64,000 nucleotides of DNA from an uncultured candidate division Zixibacteria bacterium (GCA_963702205.1 OY969724.1:2112001-2176000); one strand, 5' to 3'; positions 42,158 through 52,301 are shown, counted from the stretch's first letter. Notes: generated by a model from the letters alone, not told the origin. Translations and numbers: made by a program.

Positions 42158-42712
42158 TCACATTTGAGAAACGGCGGCGATTTGTGCGGACGGAACGGAA
42201 TTTATGCGGAGCGCCTTGCGCCAGGCCGAGATATTTTTGCCGGCACGGTCATCGGCGATGCCGGTCAACCAGAGAGCGGTGACATGGTCGTGCGTGTCAA
42301 CCTGAACCAGAATATTGTCCGCCAGCCTGTATGTTAGCCTGGCGGGGCGCGAATTGAATTTTATGTAAACTGTCTGGAAATCAATATCGCACAGAATCTC
42401 CGGTTCACCGAAATTTTCGCGGAAATCGAGGAAACGAATATCGGCCGGAACAGACCGTTCGGGGTGGACCAGGTTTGGTTCGACCTGCCAGCGGCGGCGG
42501 GGGAGAGTAATTTCGACGAAAATAAGTCGACCGTCGCGGTCAAGCTGCAAAGATACGAATTCGGAATCCAGAAAGGAAAAATAACGGCTCCTGCTCCCTC
42601 CGGTCTCGACAGGGAAGTACAGCGTATCTTCTTCCAGCTGATAAAAACCCCGGGCGCGAGGTATACCTGCATCCGGGGTCCTGGTGGTAACTTTGAGCCG
42701 TCGTACGGTCAT
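42158..42712 (-). CDS. Hypothetical protein with two DUF2283-like repeats
   Basis: Y..EEDTLYF...LQLDRDGRLIFVEI and D..FQTVYIKF...VQVDTHDHVTALWL, matched by eye. Confidence 0.5.
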   Translation of the reverse strand: MTVRRLKVTTRTPDAGIPRARGFYQLEEDTLYFPVETGGSRSRYFSFLDSEFVSLQLDRDGRLIFVEITLPRRRWQVEPNLVHPERSVPADIRFLDFRENFGEPEILCDIDFQTVYIKFNSRPARLTYRLADNILVQVDTHDHVTALWLTGIADDRAGKNISAWRKALRINSVPSAQIAAVSQM

Positions 42713-43483
42713 TTACTTCAACTCCTTGAGCTTTTCGGCGGCCTGATCGGCTTCCAGCGTGCCGGGATATTCATCGACCAGTTTTTGATAGTACTGCCTG
42801 GCGTCTTTAGCGTGGCCGAGTTCTTCGTGCGAACGGGCGATTTTATACATCGCGCCGGGGCATTTCTCCGATTTCGGATAGTTCTTCAGCAACAGGTCGA
42901 ATTCGCTGATCGCCTCCATGTACTTCTTCATGGAATAGTACGCTTCACCCAGCCAGAAGCGGGCGTTATCGGCCTTATCGCTGTTGGCACAGTACTTGAA
43001 ATATTCGCCAAAACTCGCGATGGCTTCTTCATATTGACTCTGCCGGAGCAAGATGAAGGCTTCATCGTACATTTCCTGACAATCCACGGCCGGAATGACG
43101 GCCACCGAGTCAGAAGGCCTGGTCGTGTCGCTCCCGGCTATGGTAACCGGCGGGATGTATCCCTCGCGTCCCTGGCCGCGCTGAGTCAGGGCGTCGACTT
43201 TGGATTGAAGGTCGGTCAAGCTGACCTGCATGGCCCGAAACTCGGTCAGCATATCCCGCACCGATGACCTGACTTCGGCCCGCAGATCGGTTGAGGCGTC
43301 CTTCTCGTCGGCCAGAAGAGAATCGATCCGTCCGACCGCATCCACGACTTTTTTCTGGTTGACTTCCACCCGTTGAACTCTCTCGTCGACGATCATGACG
43401 TCGCGCTTGGTGGCACAGCCCGCCAGAGTGATAAAAGCCGCCGTGAATATCACGACGGCTTGAACTGATCTTTTCGAAGACAT
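42713..43483 (-). CDS. cpoB: Tol-Pal associated TPR protein CpoB/YbgF
   Basis: Lipobox LAGC, coiled coil, ADNARFWLGEAYY TPRs; follows pal. Confidence 0.9.
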   Translation of the reverse strand: MSSKRSVQAVVIFTAAFITLAGCATKRDVMIVDERVQRVEVNQKKVVDAVGRIDSLLADEKDASTDLRAEVRSSVRDMLTEFRAMQVSLTDLQSKVDALTQRGQGREGYIPPVTIAGSDTTRPSDSVAVIPAVDCQEMYDEAFILLRQSQYEEAIASFGEYFKYCANSDKADNARFWLGEAYYSMKKYMEAISEFDLLLKNYPKSEKCPGAMYKIARSHEELGHAKDARQYYQKLVDEYPGTLEADQAAEKLKELK

Positions 43484-43496
43484 GATAGTACCCTCT

Positions 43497-44015
43497 TTAT
43501 TGAGAGACTATTTTAAATTCATCACGGCGATTCTTGGCCCAGGCCGCTTCGTTATGACCCATCACCGCCGGGCGTTCTTTCCCGTAGCTGATGACGGACA
43601 TGCGGCTGGGAGCAATGCCCAGGTCTTTTAAGTAGTCCATAGAGGCGTTGGCACGCTTTTCACCCAGCGACAGGTTATATTCGACCGTGCCGCGTTCGTC
43701 ACAATGACCTTCGATAAGGATGATGACGTTGGCGTTTTCGCGCAGGACTTGAGCGTTGTGTTCCAGGGCCGTCTTGGCCGAATCGACAAGGTTGTACTTA
43801 TCAAAGTCAAAATAGACTTTCATGAATGCGCTTTCCTTGACCGGCTCGGGAATCGGCTCCGGTTCAGGTTCCGGTGTGGGTTTTGGTGTGGGTTCCGGTT
43901 CGGGTTCGGTCACAACGGGCTGTGTCTCTTCCGGCACCGGTTTTGGCCCGCCGCCACAGGCGGCAAGATAAACCGCGACAAACGAAAGCAGCATGAAAAT
44001 CGTCAACCTTTTCAT
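43497..44015 (-). CDS. pal: Peptidoglycan-associated lipoprotein
   Basis: LAAC lipobox, Pro/Glu linker, VYFDFDK, EGHCDERG, NRRDEF. Confidence 0.95.
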   Translation of the reverse strand: MKRLTIFMLLSFVAVYLAACGGGPKPVPEETQPVVTEPEPEPTPKPTPEPEPEPIPEPVKESAFMKVYFDFDKYNLVDSAKTALEHNAQVLRENANVIILIEGHCDERGTVEYNLSLGEKRANASMDYLKDLGIAPSRMSVISYGKERPAVMGHNEAAWAKNRRDEFKIVSQ

Positions 44016-44138
44016 CGGTCTCCTCCTTGATATAATTTCGTTATATTCTTGTCAAAATTCGCCTAATTCTAATTAAATAACCTATGGCGGTCAATATTAA
44101 AATCGATGTCTCCTGTCATATTATACGTCCGGACGCCC

Positions 44139-45458
44139 TTAATTTTCAAAAGGCAGCCAGATCGGATTGGAAAACCCTCCTCTTATAGTTAGACGTTTCT
44201 GATTGTTGCCGAACAGATCCATGGTGTAAAGATCCACCGGTCCCAGCCGGTTGGACGAAAAAATAATATGATTTCCATCGGGGGAATAATGCGGGTTTTC
44301 GTTGTTGCCCAGATCGCTTAGAATCTGGATATTTTTGCCGGTTATATCGATCGAGCAGATTTTAAAATCGCCCTGACGACTGACATACGCGATGCGGTCA
44401 CCCTTGGGCGACCAGCAGGGCGAATCGTTATAGCTTCCCTGATAGGTCAGCCTCCGGACGTTCAAGCCCTCGTTATCCATGATGTAAACCTGCGGCAGAC
44501 CGGTTCGGTCCGATATGAAGGCAATCTCGCGCCCATCGGGCGACCAGGTCGGCGAGGTGTCGATAGACCAGTTTTTGGTCAGGCGGTGTTTGATTTTGCC
44601 GTTATCGTCCAGAAGATATATTTCCGAATTGCCGTCCTTCGACAGGACGCAGGCGACGGTTTTGCCGTCGGGCGAAACCGCCGGGGCGGCGTTAAGGCCG
44701 GGGTATCCGGCGAACAGCTTGACTTCGTTGTTTTTCATATTAAGGCGGTAGAGGTGCGGTTCGCCGTCTTTATAGCTGGTAAAATAAATATATTTTCCGT
44801 CGGGAGAAACGGCCGGCGAGAGATTGATCGAGCCATTGTCGGTCAGCTGCACTTCGCCATATCCATCGAAGTCGGACATGAACAGTTCTTTGGCTTCTTC
44901 GATTTGTTTGACATAGGCGATTTTCGTCCGGTAGACGCCTTCATCGCCCGTCAAAGTCCTGACGATATCGTTGGCGATGTCGTGCACGATATAGCGATAA
45001 GATTCTTTGTGGTCTTCAAATGATTTGCTGCGTATCTCTTTGCCCTGGGCCACCGAAAACAGGCGGTATGACAGCCTCAGGTCGTTTCGGGGGAAATCGG
45101 CGCTGAGTTTGACGAGATATTCCGATCCGAGGCGCTGCCAGCCCAGCATGGTCATCTCCATCAGCTCCATGTGCTGGAGGAAGAATGAATCCAGCAGGAC
45201 GATGGAAAAGTACGGTGAAAAGTCGAGATCATTGCGCAAAATCGCGGCGCAGTTGCGCATGATGACCGTGTCGCTGTAGGTGATGAAATCTATGCCGCTG
45301 TAGTGCACGTCTTCGACCGATATATTGGTCGGTTCGAACGATGATTTCGTGCTCAGTTCGCCGTGCACGTCGCGGATGGATAAGCCGGATTGTGCCGTGG
45401 CTGTAACGGCCAGCACGGCAAATGACAGGATAAATATGGTGATCTTTTTAATTTTCAT
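44139..45458 (-). CDS. tolB: Tol-Pal beta-propeller TolB
   Basis: Repeated SPDG/PxWSP PD40 units; operon context. Confidence 0.93.
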   Translation of the reverse strand: MKIKKITIFILSFAVLAVTATAQSGLSIRDVHGELSTKSSFEPTNISVEDVHYSGIDFITYSDTVIMRNCAAILRNDLDFSPYFSIVLLDSFFLQHMELMEMTMLGWQRLGSEYLVKLSADFPRNDLRLSYRLFSVAQGKEIRSKSFEDHKESYRYIVHDIANDIVRTLTGDEGVYRTKIAYVKQIEEAKELFMSDFDGYGEVQLTDNGSINLSPAVSPDGKYIYFTSYKDGEPHLYRLNMKNNEVKLFAGYPGLNAAPAVSPDGKTVACVLSKDGNSEIYLLDDNGKIKHRLTKNWSIDTSPTWSPDGREIAFISDRTGLPQVYIMDNEGLNVRRLTYQGSYNDSPCWSPKGDRIAYVSRQGDFKICSIDITGKNIQILSDLGNNENPHYSPDGNHIIFSSNRLGPVDLYTMDLFGNNQKRLTIRGGFSNPIWLPFEN

Positions 45459-46156
45459 TTTGGTGCATAAGGGAATTTAAGGTGAATGCCTAAGATTTCA
45501 TCGGTGAAGTCATCGGGCAGCGGCGGCAACGGCTGGGAGAGCCTTACGGCCCGCTCGCAGGCGCGGTCAAAGGCGTCAATGCCTGATGATTGTTCCACTT
45601 CGATTTTTATTATACGTCCCGACGATATAACCTGGAAATAGATGGTGCAGCTGAGCGGCTGGTTGGCGTAGACGGGATTGGTCCAGTTGCGCTCGACTTT
45701 GGAAAAGGCCTGCACGAACCAATAGGGGTAATTAAACGATGCATTGTCGACCGAGGCCCCGCTCAGCCTGGACCCGGCCTGAAGGTTCCCGGAGACGTCC
45801 TTTTGGCCGCTGTCCGATCCGGCCTTGTTTTCCGCTCCTTTTTGCGTGTCGGGTTTATAATCTTTGGGTTTATTATCTTTCGGTTTCGGTTTTGGTTTTT
45901 CGACTTTCTTGGCCTCAGTAACCGTAGCCAGTTGGTCGGGAATAGGTGTGACCGGTTCATCGGCCACGATCGATTGCGGCACGATTATCGGCTCCGGTTT
46001 GGCCGGTTCGGGCTGCAGCGCGGGCATCGAGGCCAGATTGACTTTAATAACGTCGCCCAGGTCGGTATTAATGCGGGTCTGAAATGGTGCCATTAGAAAA
46101 ATCATAACCAGAAAAATGAAGTGTAATATAAATGAAAAAATAAAGTCTGTTTTCAT
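45455..46156 (-). CDS. tolA: TolA/TonB family protein
   Basis: N-terminal TM with SxxxH, Lys/Pro linker, SSG..FD...PLPPLP C-domain. Confidence 0.8.
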   Translation of the reverse strand: MKTDFIFSFILHFIFLVMIFLMAPFQTRINTDLGDVIKVNLASMPALQPEPAKPEPIIVPQSIVADEPVTPIPDQLATVTEAKKVEKPKPKPKDNKPKDYKPDTQKGAENKAGSDSGQKDVSGNLQAGSRLSGASVDNASFNYPYWFVQAFSKVERNWTNPVYANQPLSCTIYFQVISSGRIIKIEVEQSSGIDAFDRACERAVRLSQPLPPLPDDFTDEILGIHLKFPYAPK

Positions 46157-46575
46157 CGGCGTTTTTTATGATTGTTTTCTTCGCGAGAGGTAATCAATCC
46201 CAAATCTTCGATTCCCATTCCTTTGAGACGGCTGATGACATCGACGACGGTCCCGTATGGCACCGTCGAATCGGCCCGCAAATAAACCGAGGAGATTCCG
46301 ATCCGGCGCAGCTCCTTGTCAAGCGATGATTCGAAATTCTCGAGACGGGTCCAGATGTCGTTTACGAATATACCGCCTTTACTGTCAATGGTAACGACGA
46401 CGCCCTCGGTTTCCTGGTCCAGAGCCGCCGCCTTGGTCCTGGGCAAATTAACTTCGATGCCCGATTGCAAAAGCGGTGCGGAGATCATGAAAATGATCAA
46501 CAGCACCAGGACGACGTCGACCAAATTGGTGACGTTTATCTCGGCGAGAGCGTTGTACTTTCTTTTCGGTATCAT
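46153..46575 (-). CDS. tolR: TolR/ExbD family protein
   Basis: EINVTNLVDVVLVLLIIFM, LRAD. Confidence 0.88.
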   Translation of the reverse strand: MIPKRKYNALAEINVTNLVDVVLVLLIIFMISAPLLQSGIEVNLPRTKAAALDQETEGVVVTIDSKGGIFVNDIWTRLENFESSLDKELRRIGISSVYLRADSTVPYGTVVDVISRLKGMGIEDLGLITSREENNHKKRR

Positions 46576-47294
46576 GTAAGGTCTTTCTTGACGCGGGCCA
46601 TTAATTCGAGGCTGAAGTTTGAAGTCGTGTCGTAGAATTGCTTGATTTTATTGTTGGCCCAGTTGTATCCGATCACGGCGGGAATGGCCGCACCCAGCCC
46701 GACAATCGTCGCCAGCAGAGCTTCGGCAATCCCCGGGGCTACCACGGCCAGCGAGGCCGAACCGCGCTCGCCGATGGCCCAGAATGAATCCATAACTCCG
46801 ACGACCGTCCCGAGCAGACCCATAAACGGCGAGGCGTTGGCGGTCGTGGCCAGGAAAATGACCTTGCGTTCGAGGGCCGAGATTTCTTCGTTGGTGCTGC
46901 GGTCGAGCGTCATGGATAATATTTCGGTGTCTTTGACGTCGAGGCGGGGCAGTTTCTCGGCATCGGGGTTTCCGGCTTTCTTTCGTCCCAGCAGATCTTT
47001 GATTTCGTCGTAACCCTGTGTGAATACCCCCGCCATGGTGGACATATTCATCGCTTTGGCCGTGGTCAGAACGTCGGACAACTTCTTGTTCCGGCGGAAG
47101 AAATCATAAAAGTCGTTATTTTGCTGCTCCACCTTTTTGAAGCTGCGCCATTTGTTGAACATAATGCTCCATGACACGAACGAGAAAATTATGAGGATGA
47201 TTAAGATTATTTTCCCGAACAGGCTGGTTTCGCCGATGATTTCACCGATGCTTCCCGCTACCAGAAACAAAGGCATAATAACCGCATTAATCAT
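46572..47294 (-). CDS. tolQ: TolQ (MotA/TolQ/ExbB family)
   Basis: SPFMGLLGTV, APGIAEALLAT. Confidence 0.9.
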   Translation of the reverse strand: MINAVIMPLFLVAGSIGEIIGETSLFGKIILIILIIFSFVSWSIMFNKWRSFKKVEQQNNDFYDFFRRNKKLSDVLTTAKAMNMSTMAGVFTQGYDEIKDLLGRKKAGNPDAEKLPRLDVKDTEILSMTLDRSTNEEISALERKVIFLATTANASPFMGLLGTVVGVMDSFWAIGERGSASLAVVAPGIAEALLATIVGLGAAIPAVIGYNWANNKIKQFYDTTSNFSLELMARVKKDLT

Positions 47295-47524
47295 ATAATT
47301 CCTTTTACGTTAGTCGGGCGCAATTGGTCCCTGTAAATAAGTATTTAAGTCTGTCTCCTATCCTTAGCAAACATAAATTATACACCGAGGCCCGAAAGTC
47401 GTCAATATAAAAGCAAAAACGCCATTATTGCGACGCAAGTTTCTCTTGACATAGCGGATTAAATCCATTATTTGGGACAAAATCGTAAAACGGATTTTAT
47501 GAATCTGAGAAGGAGAGAAGAGGG

Positions 47525-47731
47525 ATGAAGAAATTTTTTGCAATCGTATGTTTGAGCCTGATGGCTCTGTTGCTGGTCGTTGGTTGCGGCCAGAAGAAAG
47601 AAGAGCCCAAAACCGACACTATGACCGAAGAAACGACCACGATGCAGGATACAACTGCAACGATGGCAGATTCGACGGCTATGATGGAAGATACCACGGC
47701 CACCAAGACCATGGAAGAAGGCGGACATTAA
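47525..47731 (+). CDS. Small Met/Thr-rich lipoprotein
   Basis: Purine-rich RBS, VVGC lipobox, heptad repeats M(Q/A/E)D(T/S)TA; own terminator. Confidence 0.8.
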   Translation: MKKFFAIVCLSLMALLLVVGCGQKKEEPKTDTMTEETTTMQDTTATMADSTAMMEDTTATKTMEEGGH

Positions 47732-47758
47732 TCGCTAAAAATTTATTACGCTGACCAT

Positions 47759-47789
47759 AAAAAGCCCCCGACCTGGTCGGGGGCTTTTT
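47759..47789. terminator. Bidirectional rho-independent terminator
   Basis: AAAAAGCCCCCGACC-T-GGTCGGGGGCTTTTT. Confidence 0.88.
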
Positions 47790-47836
47790 GTTTAAGTCTT
47801 ATTTGATGTAATCCGTCAGACGGATTATATAAGTCG

Positions 47837-48964
47837 TTAAGATTCAATCATTTCAACATTGGCGCGGGGGACCACGGCCTTCTTCCCATCCATGAATTTA
47901 ACTTCCAGAACACGCGCATGAGAGCCCGATTCCAGTTCGGTAAGTTCCGGCGGGAGGCCGGAGACTTCACCGAGCATGCCGAAATAAGGGTGACGGATGA
48001 CGCGCACCGGTGAGCCGATTTCAAGGCCGGTTTCGCGAAAGTCAGCGTTGGTATCTTTGGCTTTCGAGTCGCTGGGTTTGGGAATAATAACCTCCGGCCG
48101 GATTACACCGGCCCGGATCTGGGTCGCTCCATTGATACAGGCCATCTGGCCCTCATTGGCCTTAAGCAGATCGAAAGTCCTTTGAGCCATGTTGATTTTG
48201 CCGAAGCCCTCCGTGACGATCAGTGTCACGCCGACTTCTTCGGAACCGGTAATGGCGACACCGATATCATAACCGAGAATGTCGCGCAGGTCTTTGTCGT
48301 CGAAGCCGCCGACAACGATTCCGGCCGCACCGACTTTAGCGGCCTGCTTTATGGCTTCGGCCAGGACCATGCTCCCGCCGACAATAACCTTGCCTTTGCA
48401 GGAATCGTCGATTTCTTTGGCGGTCAGTGTCGTGGCGTTGTCCGGGACGACAATCTTGATTTCACCGTGGGTTTCGCCGCCTATGCCGAAAATGCCCTGA
48501 ATAAAAGATGACCAGGCGGTAATGGCGACGCCTTCTTTTTCGAATATTTCAACGACTTCGCCTTCGATATATGCTTTGACCGTAACTGGTATCGGCGCGC
48601 CGCGAAGAAGGACCTGTCCGGTAATGTGCGAAATCGATTCGATTTTTCCAGAGATTTTGGCCTGGCAGTGGGATTTAAACAGCCCGAAAAAAGTTTTGGA
48701 CAGGGCGATATCTTCACCCTGCTCGACCGCGTCACCCTCTTTTTTCAACATGGCGTCGGCGATGTCTTCGGGAGGAATACCGAGAATGTTGGCGACGTTG
48801 ATCGGCTCGACTATACCCGGGAGGTGAGTTCGGGCGACGATGTCGTCGGGTTTAACCATATCGCCGACCTTGACGATAACCTCGCCTTTCAGGGGCAGGA
48901 TTCTCTTTTTTGTCAGAAGAATTTTTTCCGTGACTTTAAGTCCCGGTGTATATGCATGACCCAT
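47837..48964 (-). CDS. Hypothetical protein (barrel-sandwich-hybrid-like N-terminus, KOW-like C-terminus) downstream of glmL
   Basis: LPLKGEVIVKVGD, IQGIFGIGGE, GSPVRVIRHPYFG...VPRANVE. Confidence 0.7.
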   Translation of the reverse strand: MGHAYTPGLKVTEKILLTKKRILPLKGEVIVKVGDMVKPDDIVARTHLPGIVEPINVANILGIPPEDIADAMLKKEGDAVEQGEDIALSKTFFGLFKSHCQAKISGKIESISHITGQVLLRGAPIPVTVKAYIEGEVVEIFEKEGVAITAWSSFIQGIFGIGGETHGEIKIVVPDNATTLTAKEIDDSCKGKVIVGGSMVLAEAIKQAAKVGAAGIVVGGFDDKDLRDILGYDIGVAITGSEEVGVTLIVTEGFGKINMAQRTFDLLKANEGQMACINGATQIRAGVIRPEVIIPKPSDSKAKDTNADFRETGLEIGSPVRVIRHPYFGMLGEVSGLPPELTELESGSHARVLEVKFMDGKKAVVPRANVEMIES

Positions 48965-48985
48965 ATGTCCGCCTTTTGTCTATTA

Positions 48986-49774
48986 TCAGTTACTGTTTTT
49001 CATCTTTATAATCAGGAAACCGGCGACCAAAACGACTACCAGTCCCAATAATATAATTAACCAGCTGTAATGTTGCGTAGAAGTATCAGCCTTGTCGTCG
49101 GCAGCCTGCGGATGTTCGGTCTTTTGAACCTCTCTCTGTGACAAATCCACAATTTGCGTGCTTTCTTTGGGGGCGACTTCGTGCAGGTCTTTGGTCGACA
49201 GGCTGGTTGCCATCTTTATAAAATCTATTTCGACGTCTTTGTAAACGCTGTCAGGAGCATAGCAGCTAAAAACGGCAATTCCTTTGTCGTGATAGACTCG
49301 CATTTGCAGAAACATTTTTTCTGTGCCCTGGATGCGGAAAATGTCCCTGACGGCCACCGCCCGAATGCTTTTGTCGTAAACGGGTTTCGCGATTTCCAGT
49401 TTATATTCGCCTGTGCTCCAACTGCCGTAAGCGCAACTGGCACCGTACTCCGAGGAAATGCTCTTTAAAGCAGAGTCGATTTCCGCCTGTGACAATTTTG
49501 CTGATTCGAAACTACTGACAAAAACATAAGCCGTTTCCCAGAACGGCTTTTTGCTTTCGGGAGCGAGGGCGACGTCATAATCGAACTCGTCCCGGGAGAC
49601 ATTCTGGAGCCCCAGGAACGTGTTAACCTGACGATATTCAACTTCGTGCCAACCGTCGGGGTAATGGAAATAGAATCCGCCCCGCCAGTCGATGAACGTC
49701 TGATCCGCCAGACACGACCCGGCCACAAAAAGGATCAAAAGAAACGCACCAGATATAAATAGGAATTTTTTCAT
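48986..49774 (-). CDS. Hypothetical exported protein with C-terminal membrane anchor
   Basis: Signal peptide; C-terminal TM helix followed by basic residues. Confidence 0.65.
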   Translation of the reverse strand: MKKFLFISGAFLLILFVAGSCLADQTFIDWRGGFYFHYPDGWHEVEYRQVNTFLGLQNVSRDEFDYDVALAPESKKPFWETAYVFVSSFESAKLSQAEIDSALKSISSEYGASCAYGSWSTGEYKLEIAKPVYDKSIRAVAVRDIFRIQGTEKMFLQMRVYHDKGIAVFSCYAPDSVYKDVEIDFIKMATSLSTKDLHEVAPKESTQIVDLSQREVQKTEHPQAADDKADTSTQHYSWLIILLGLVVVLVAGFLIIKMKNSN

Positions 49775-49780
49775 GACCGC

Positions 49781-51637
49781 CTACCGATTCAGGGCTTCTT
49801 CCGGATAAATATTAAGTTCCAGCATCCACTGTTTCAATTTATTAATACGCTCCTTGTGATCGGTCGGCAGGGTGAACGGTCTTCCTCGGGTGTCGAGGAT
49901 TATCCCGACCACGCCTCCGGAAAGCTCGGTTTCAACTTTGTGGCCGCGGCCCGGTCCGAGATCGAGGTGCTGAAGCGGTTCCAGTTCGGCTTTGGCTTTA
50001 CGGGGCAAACCTTTTTCGTCAAGCCCCAGCTTGATAAGTTTCATTTCGCCATAATTCATCGTTCCCGATTCGACGTTGCCGTCGGGCAGGGTGATTTTAT
50101 AATTCAAGACGGCGCCACCCTTTTTAACTTCACCGACCGGCGCAACACAGGTTCCGAGGTGAATCAGACAGTCCTTGTTGAAGACTTCGGTGGCCGCCTG
50201 CTCCTGTACGGTGGAAAGAACACCCAGCTGAGGCATCATAAAGATCGAATCGACGGCCAGGCGGGTTATGCCTTCGGGCACGAAGGCGTCGACCAGCATC
50301 AGGGCTGACTGCTGACGGCGCGGTGCGTGTGACAGCACACCGCCCGAACCGATCAGAATATCGAGCGTCATCATATTGACAATGGTCGCGCCGGAAGCGG
50401 ATTGCTCGAAGGCATCGGCGATCGTTCGCTGCTGCTGCACGCCTTTGAGCACCGTCGCGAAATTTTTATGCTGTATAAAAGCCAGACGCAAAGCTTCCTT
50501 GGCGATGGCTTGTTCGAAAATCAGTTCTTCCATCGACTGCGGAATGGTGGTCGGGCGAATCATTTTGTTTTTGACGCGGTTGCGCAGGTCGCGCTCGTCC
50601 ATGTCGAACGGAACCCAGCGCATGACCATCGGAAGCGTCGCTTCGGCGAAGACGTTGGAGACCGAGTAACTCATGCCGAGGTTGGCCGAGACGGTACGGT
50701 TGAAAACGCCGTCGTTGCTTTCTCCCGGCCGAAAGACCGAAAAGACGTCGGTCGTAGCGCCGCCGATGTCGACCCCGACCGCCTCAATGCCCTCGATGTC
50801 GGCGACCTTTTTTATAATCAGGCCGACTGCACCGGGAGTCGGCATAATGGGGGCGTCGGTCCAGGTCATCAACTTTTTATAGCCGGGAGCCTGGGCCATG
50901 ACATGCTCCATGAACAGGTTGTGTATTTCTTCACGGGCCGGGCCGAGATTCTCGCGTTCGAGGACCGGCCTGATGTTGTCCACCGTGCGAAGGTCAACTT
51001 TGTCTTTGAGCGTATCTTCGACCGCCTTGGCGGCGTTTTTATTGCCGGCATAAATAATGGGCAGCTTGTAACCGCTGCCGAGTCGCGGCTTGGGATCGGC
51101 GGCCGAAACCAGTTCGGCAATTTCCACCACGTGGGTGGTTGTGCCGCCGTCTATGCCGCCCGAAAGCAATATCATATCGGGACGAAGATGCCGGATGCGT
51201 TCAATCTGCTGATGGGGGAGACGTTTGTCGTTCGAGGCGATCACGTCCATGACGATCGCTCCGGCGCCCAGCGCGGCACGTTCGGCCGATTCGCCGGTCA
51301 TCGAGCGCACGACACCCGCCACCATCATCTGGAGACCGCCACCGGCGGAGGACGTGGAAATGTAAACGTCGGTTCCGATATCATCTTTGGCGGGAGAAAT
51401 AATCCTGCCGTCGTCGTCGAGGAGCTTTCGGCCGGAAAGTTCTTCAACTTCGCCGACGGCGTTCAGGACACCTTTGGTAACGTCCTCGAACGGAGCTTCG
51501 ACCGTCGTCGGGGCTTCGCCGCGGACAATCAGACGGTACTCTCCGTCTCGTTTTTCAATCAGAATCGCCTTGGTAGTGGTGGAACCGCAGTCGGTTGCCA
51601 GAATCACTTGTATATCTTCGGGATTCATTTTTGCCAT
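49781..51637 (-). CDS. glmL: GlmL/MutL-like glutamate-mutase reactivase family ASKHA ATPase
   Basis: DCGSTTTK, SSAGGGLQM, MPTP, DIGGATTDVFS, LGMSYS. Confidence 0.8.
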   Translation of the reverse strand: MAKMNPEDIQVILATDCGSTTTKAILIEKRDGEYRLIVRGEAPTTVEAPFEDVTKGVLNAVGEVEELSGRKLLDDDGRIISPAKDDIGTDVYISTSSAGGGLQMMVAGVVRSMTGESAERAALGAGAIVMDVIASNDKRLPHQQIERIRHLRPDMILLSGGIDGGTTTHVVEIAELVSAADPKPRLGSGYKLPIIYAGNKNAAKAVEDTLKDKVDLRTVDNIRPVLERENLGPAREEIHNLFMEHVMAQAPGYKKLMTWTDAPIMPTPGAVGLIIKKVADIEGIEAVGVDIGGATTDVFSVFRPGESNDGVFNRTVSANLGMSYSVSNVFAEATLPMVMRWVPFDMDERDLRNRVKNKMIRPTTIPQSMEELIFEQAIAKEALRLAFIQHKNFATVLKGVQQQRTIADAFEQSASGATIVNMMTLDILIGSGGVLSHAPRRQQSALMLVDAFVPEGITRLAVDSIFMMPQLGVLSTVQEQAATEVFNKDCLIHLGTCVAPVGEVKKGGAVLNYKITLPDGNVESGTMNYGEMKLIKLGLDEKGLPRKAKAELEPLQHLDLGPGRGHKVETELSGGVVGIILDTRGRPFTLPTDHKERINKLKQWMLELNIYPEEALNR

Positions 51638-52017
51638 ATCTATTTCCTGTAATCCTGTAAAATTGTATCCGTTTCTTTGGTCTGCCGTCGAGCTTTAAAT
51701 CAACGCATCTTGTTTCAAACGGGCAGTCATATGTCTAATTTAAAGACCATAATTATAATACAAAAGGCCGGTCTTGTAAACCCAATTTTAGGTCATTATC
51801 GGGCTGCGGGCCAATCTCTAAAACTTATGAAACTGTAATGGCTTGCTGGGAATGCTCTTCTATGCAGGCCATAATCAATACCCTTAATGATTATTGGGAC
51901 GGGCCGCTTCGTTGGAAACCGGCGTAATGATTAAGGGGAATAGGTCGGTGCAGCCTTGACTCTGCTTCTGTTATATTACTTGACGGCCCGATTTTAACTC
52001 AATACTATCATGCTCTT

Positions 52018-52272
52018 ATGGATACCGTAATGCTGCTGGGACTGCTGGCCGGGGCTATGACCACCGCGTCTTTCGTGCCGCAATTGGCTAAGGCATGGCG
52101 TTCCCATTCCACGCGGGATATATCGCTGGCTATGTACGTAGTTTTTACGGCAGGGGTCTTTTTATGGTTACTCTATGGCATTTTTATTGCTTCCATTCCC
52201 GTGATTGCGGCCAACATAATTACTCTGGCAATAGCTTTGGTCATTCTTATATTGAAGATTAAGTATCACTGA
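52018..52272 (+). CDS. SemiSWEET (PQ-loop) transporter
   Basis: TTASFVPQ, TRDISL, LWLLYG, PVIAAN; 84 aa with three TM helices. Confidence 0.92.
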   Translation: MDTVMLLGLLAGAMTTASFVPQLAKAWRSHSTRDISLAMYVVFTAGVFLWLLYGIFIASIPVIAANIITLAIALVILILKIKYH

Positions 52273-52301
52273 ATACGACCACCCATATGAGGTGAAAACT
52301 C

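Noticed and set aside
49781..51637. DNA mismatch-repair MutL
   Set aside because: Motifs are ASKHA-type, not GHKL; only the name is shared.
50402..51652. Long antisense ORFs (also 33251-34213, 42464-43267, 61109-61891)
   Set aside because: Shadow frames of well-supported genes, with no motifs of their own.
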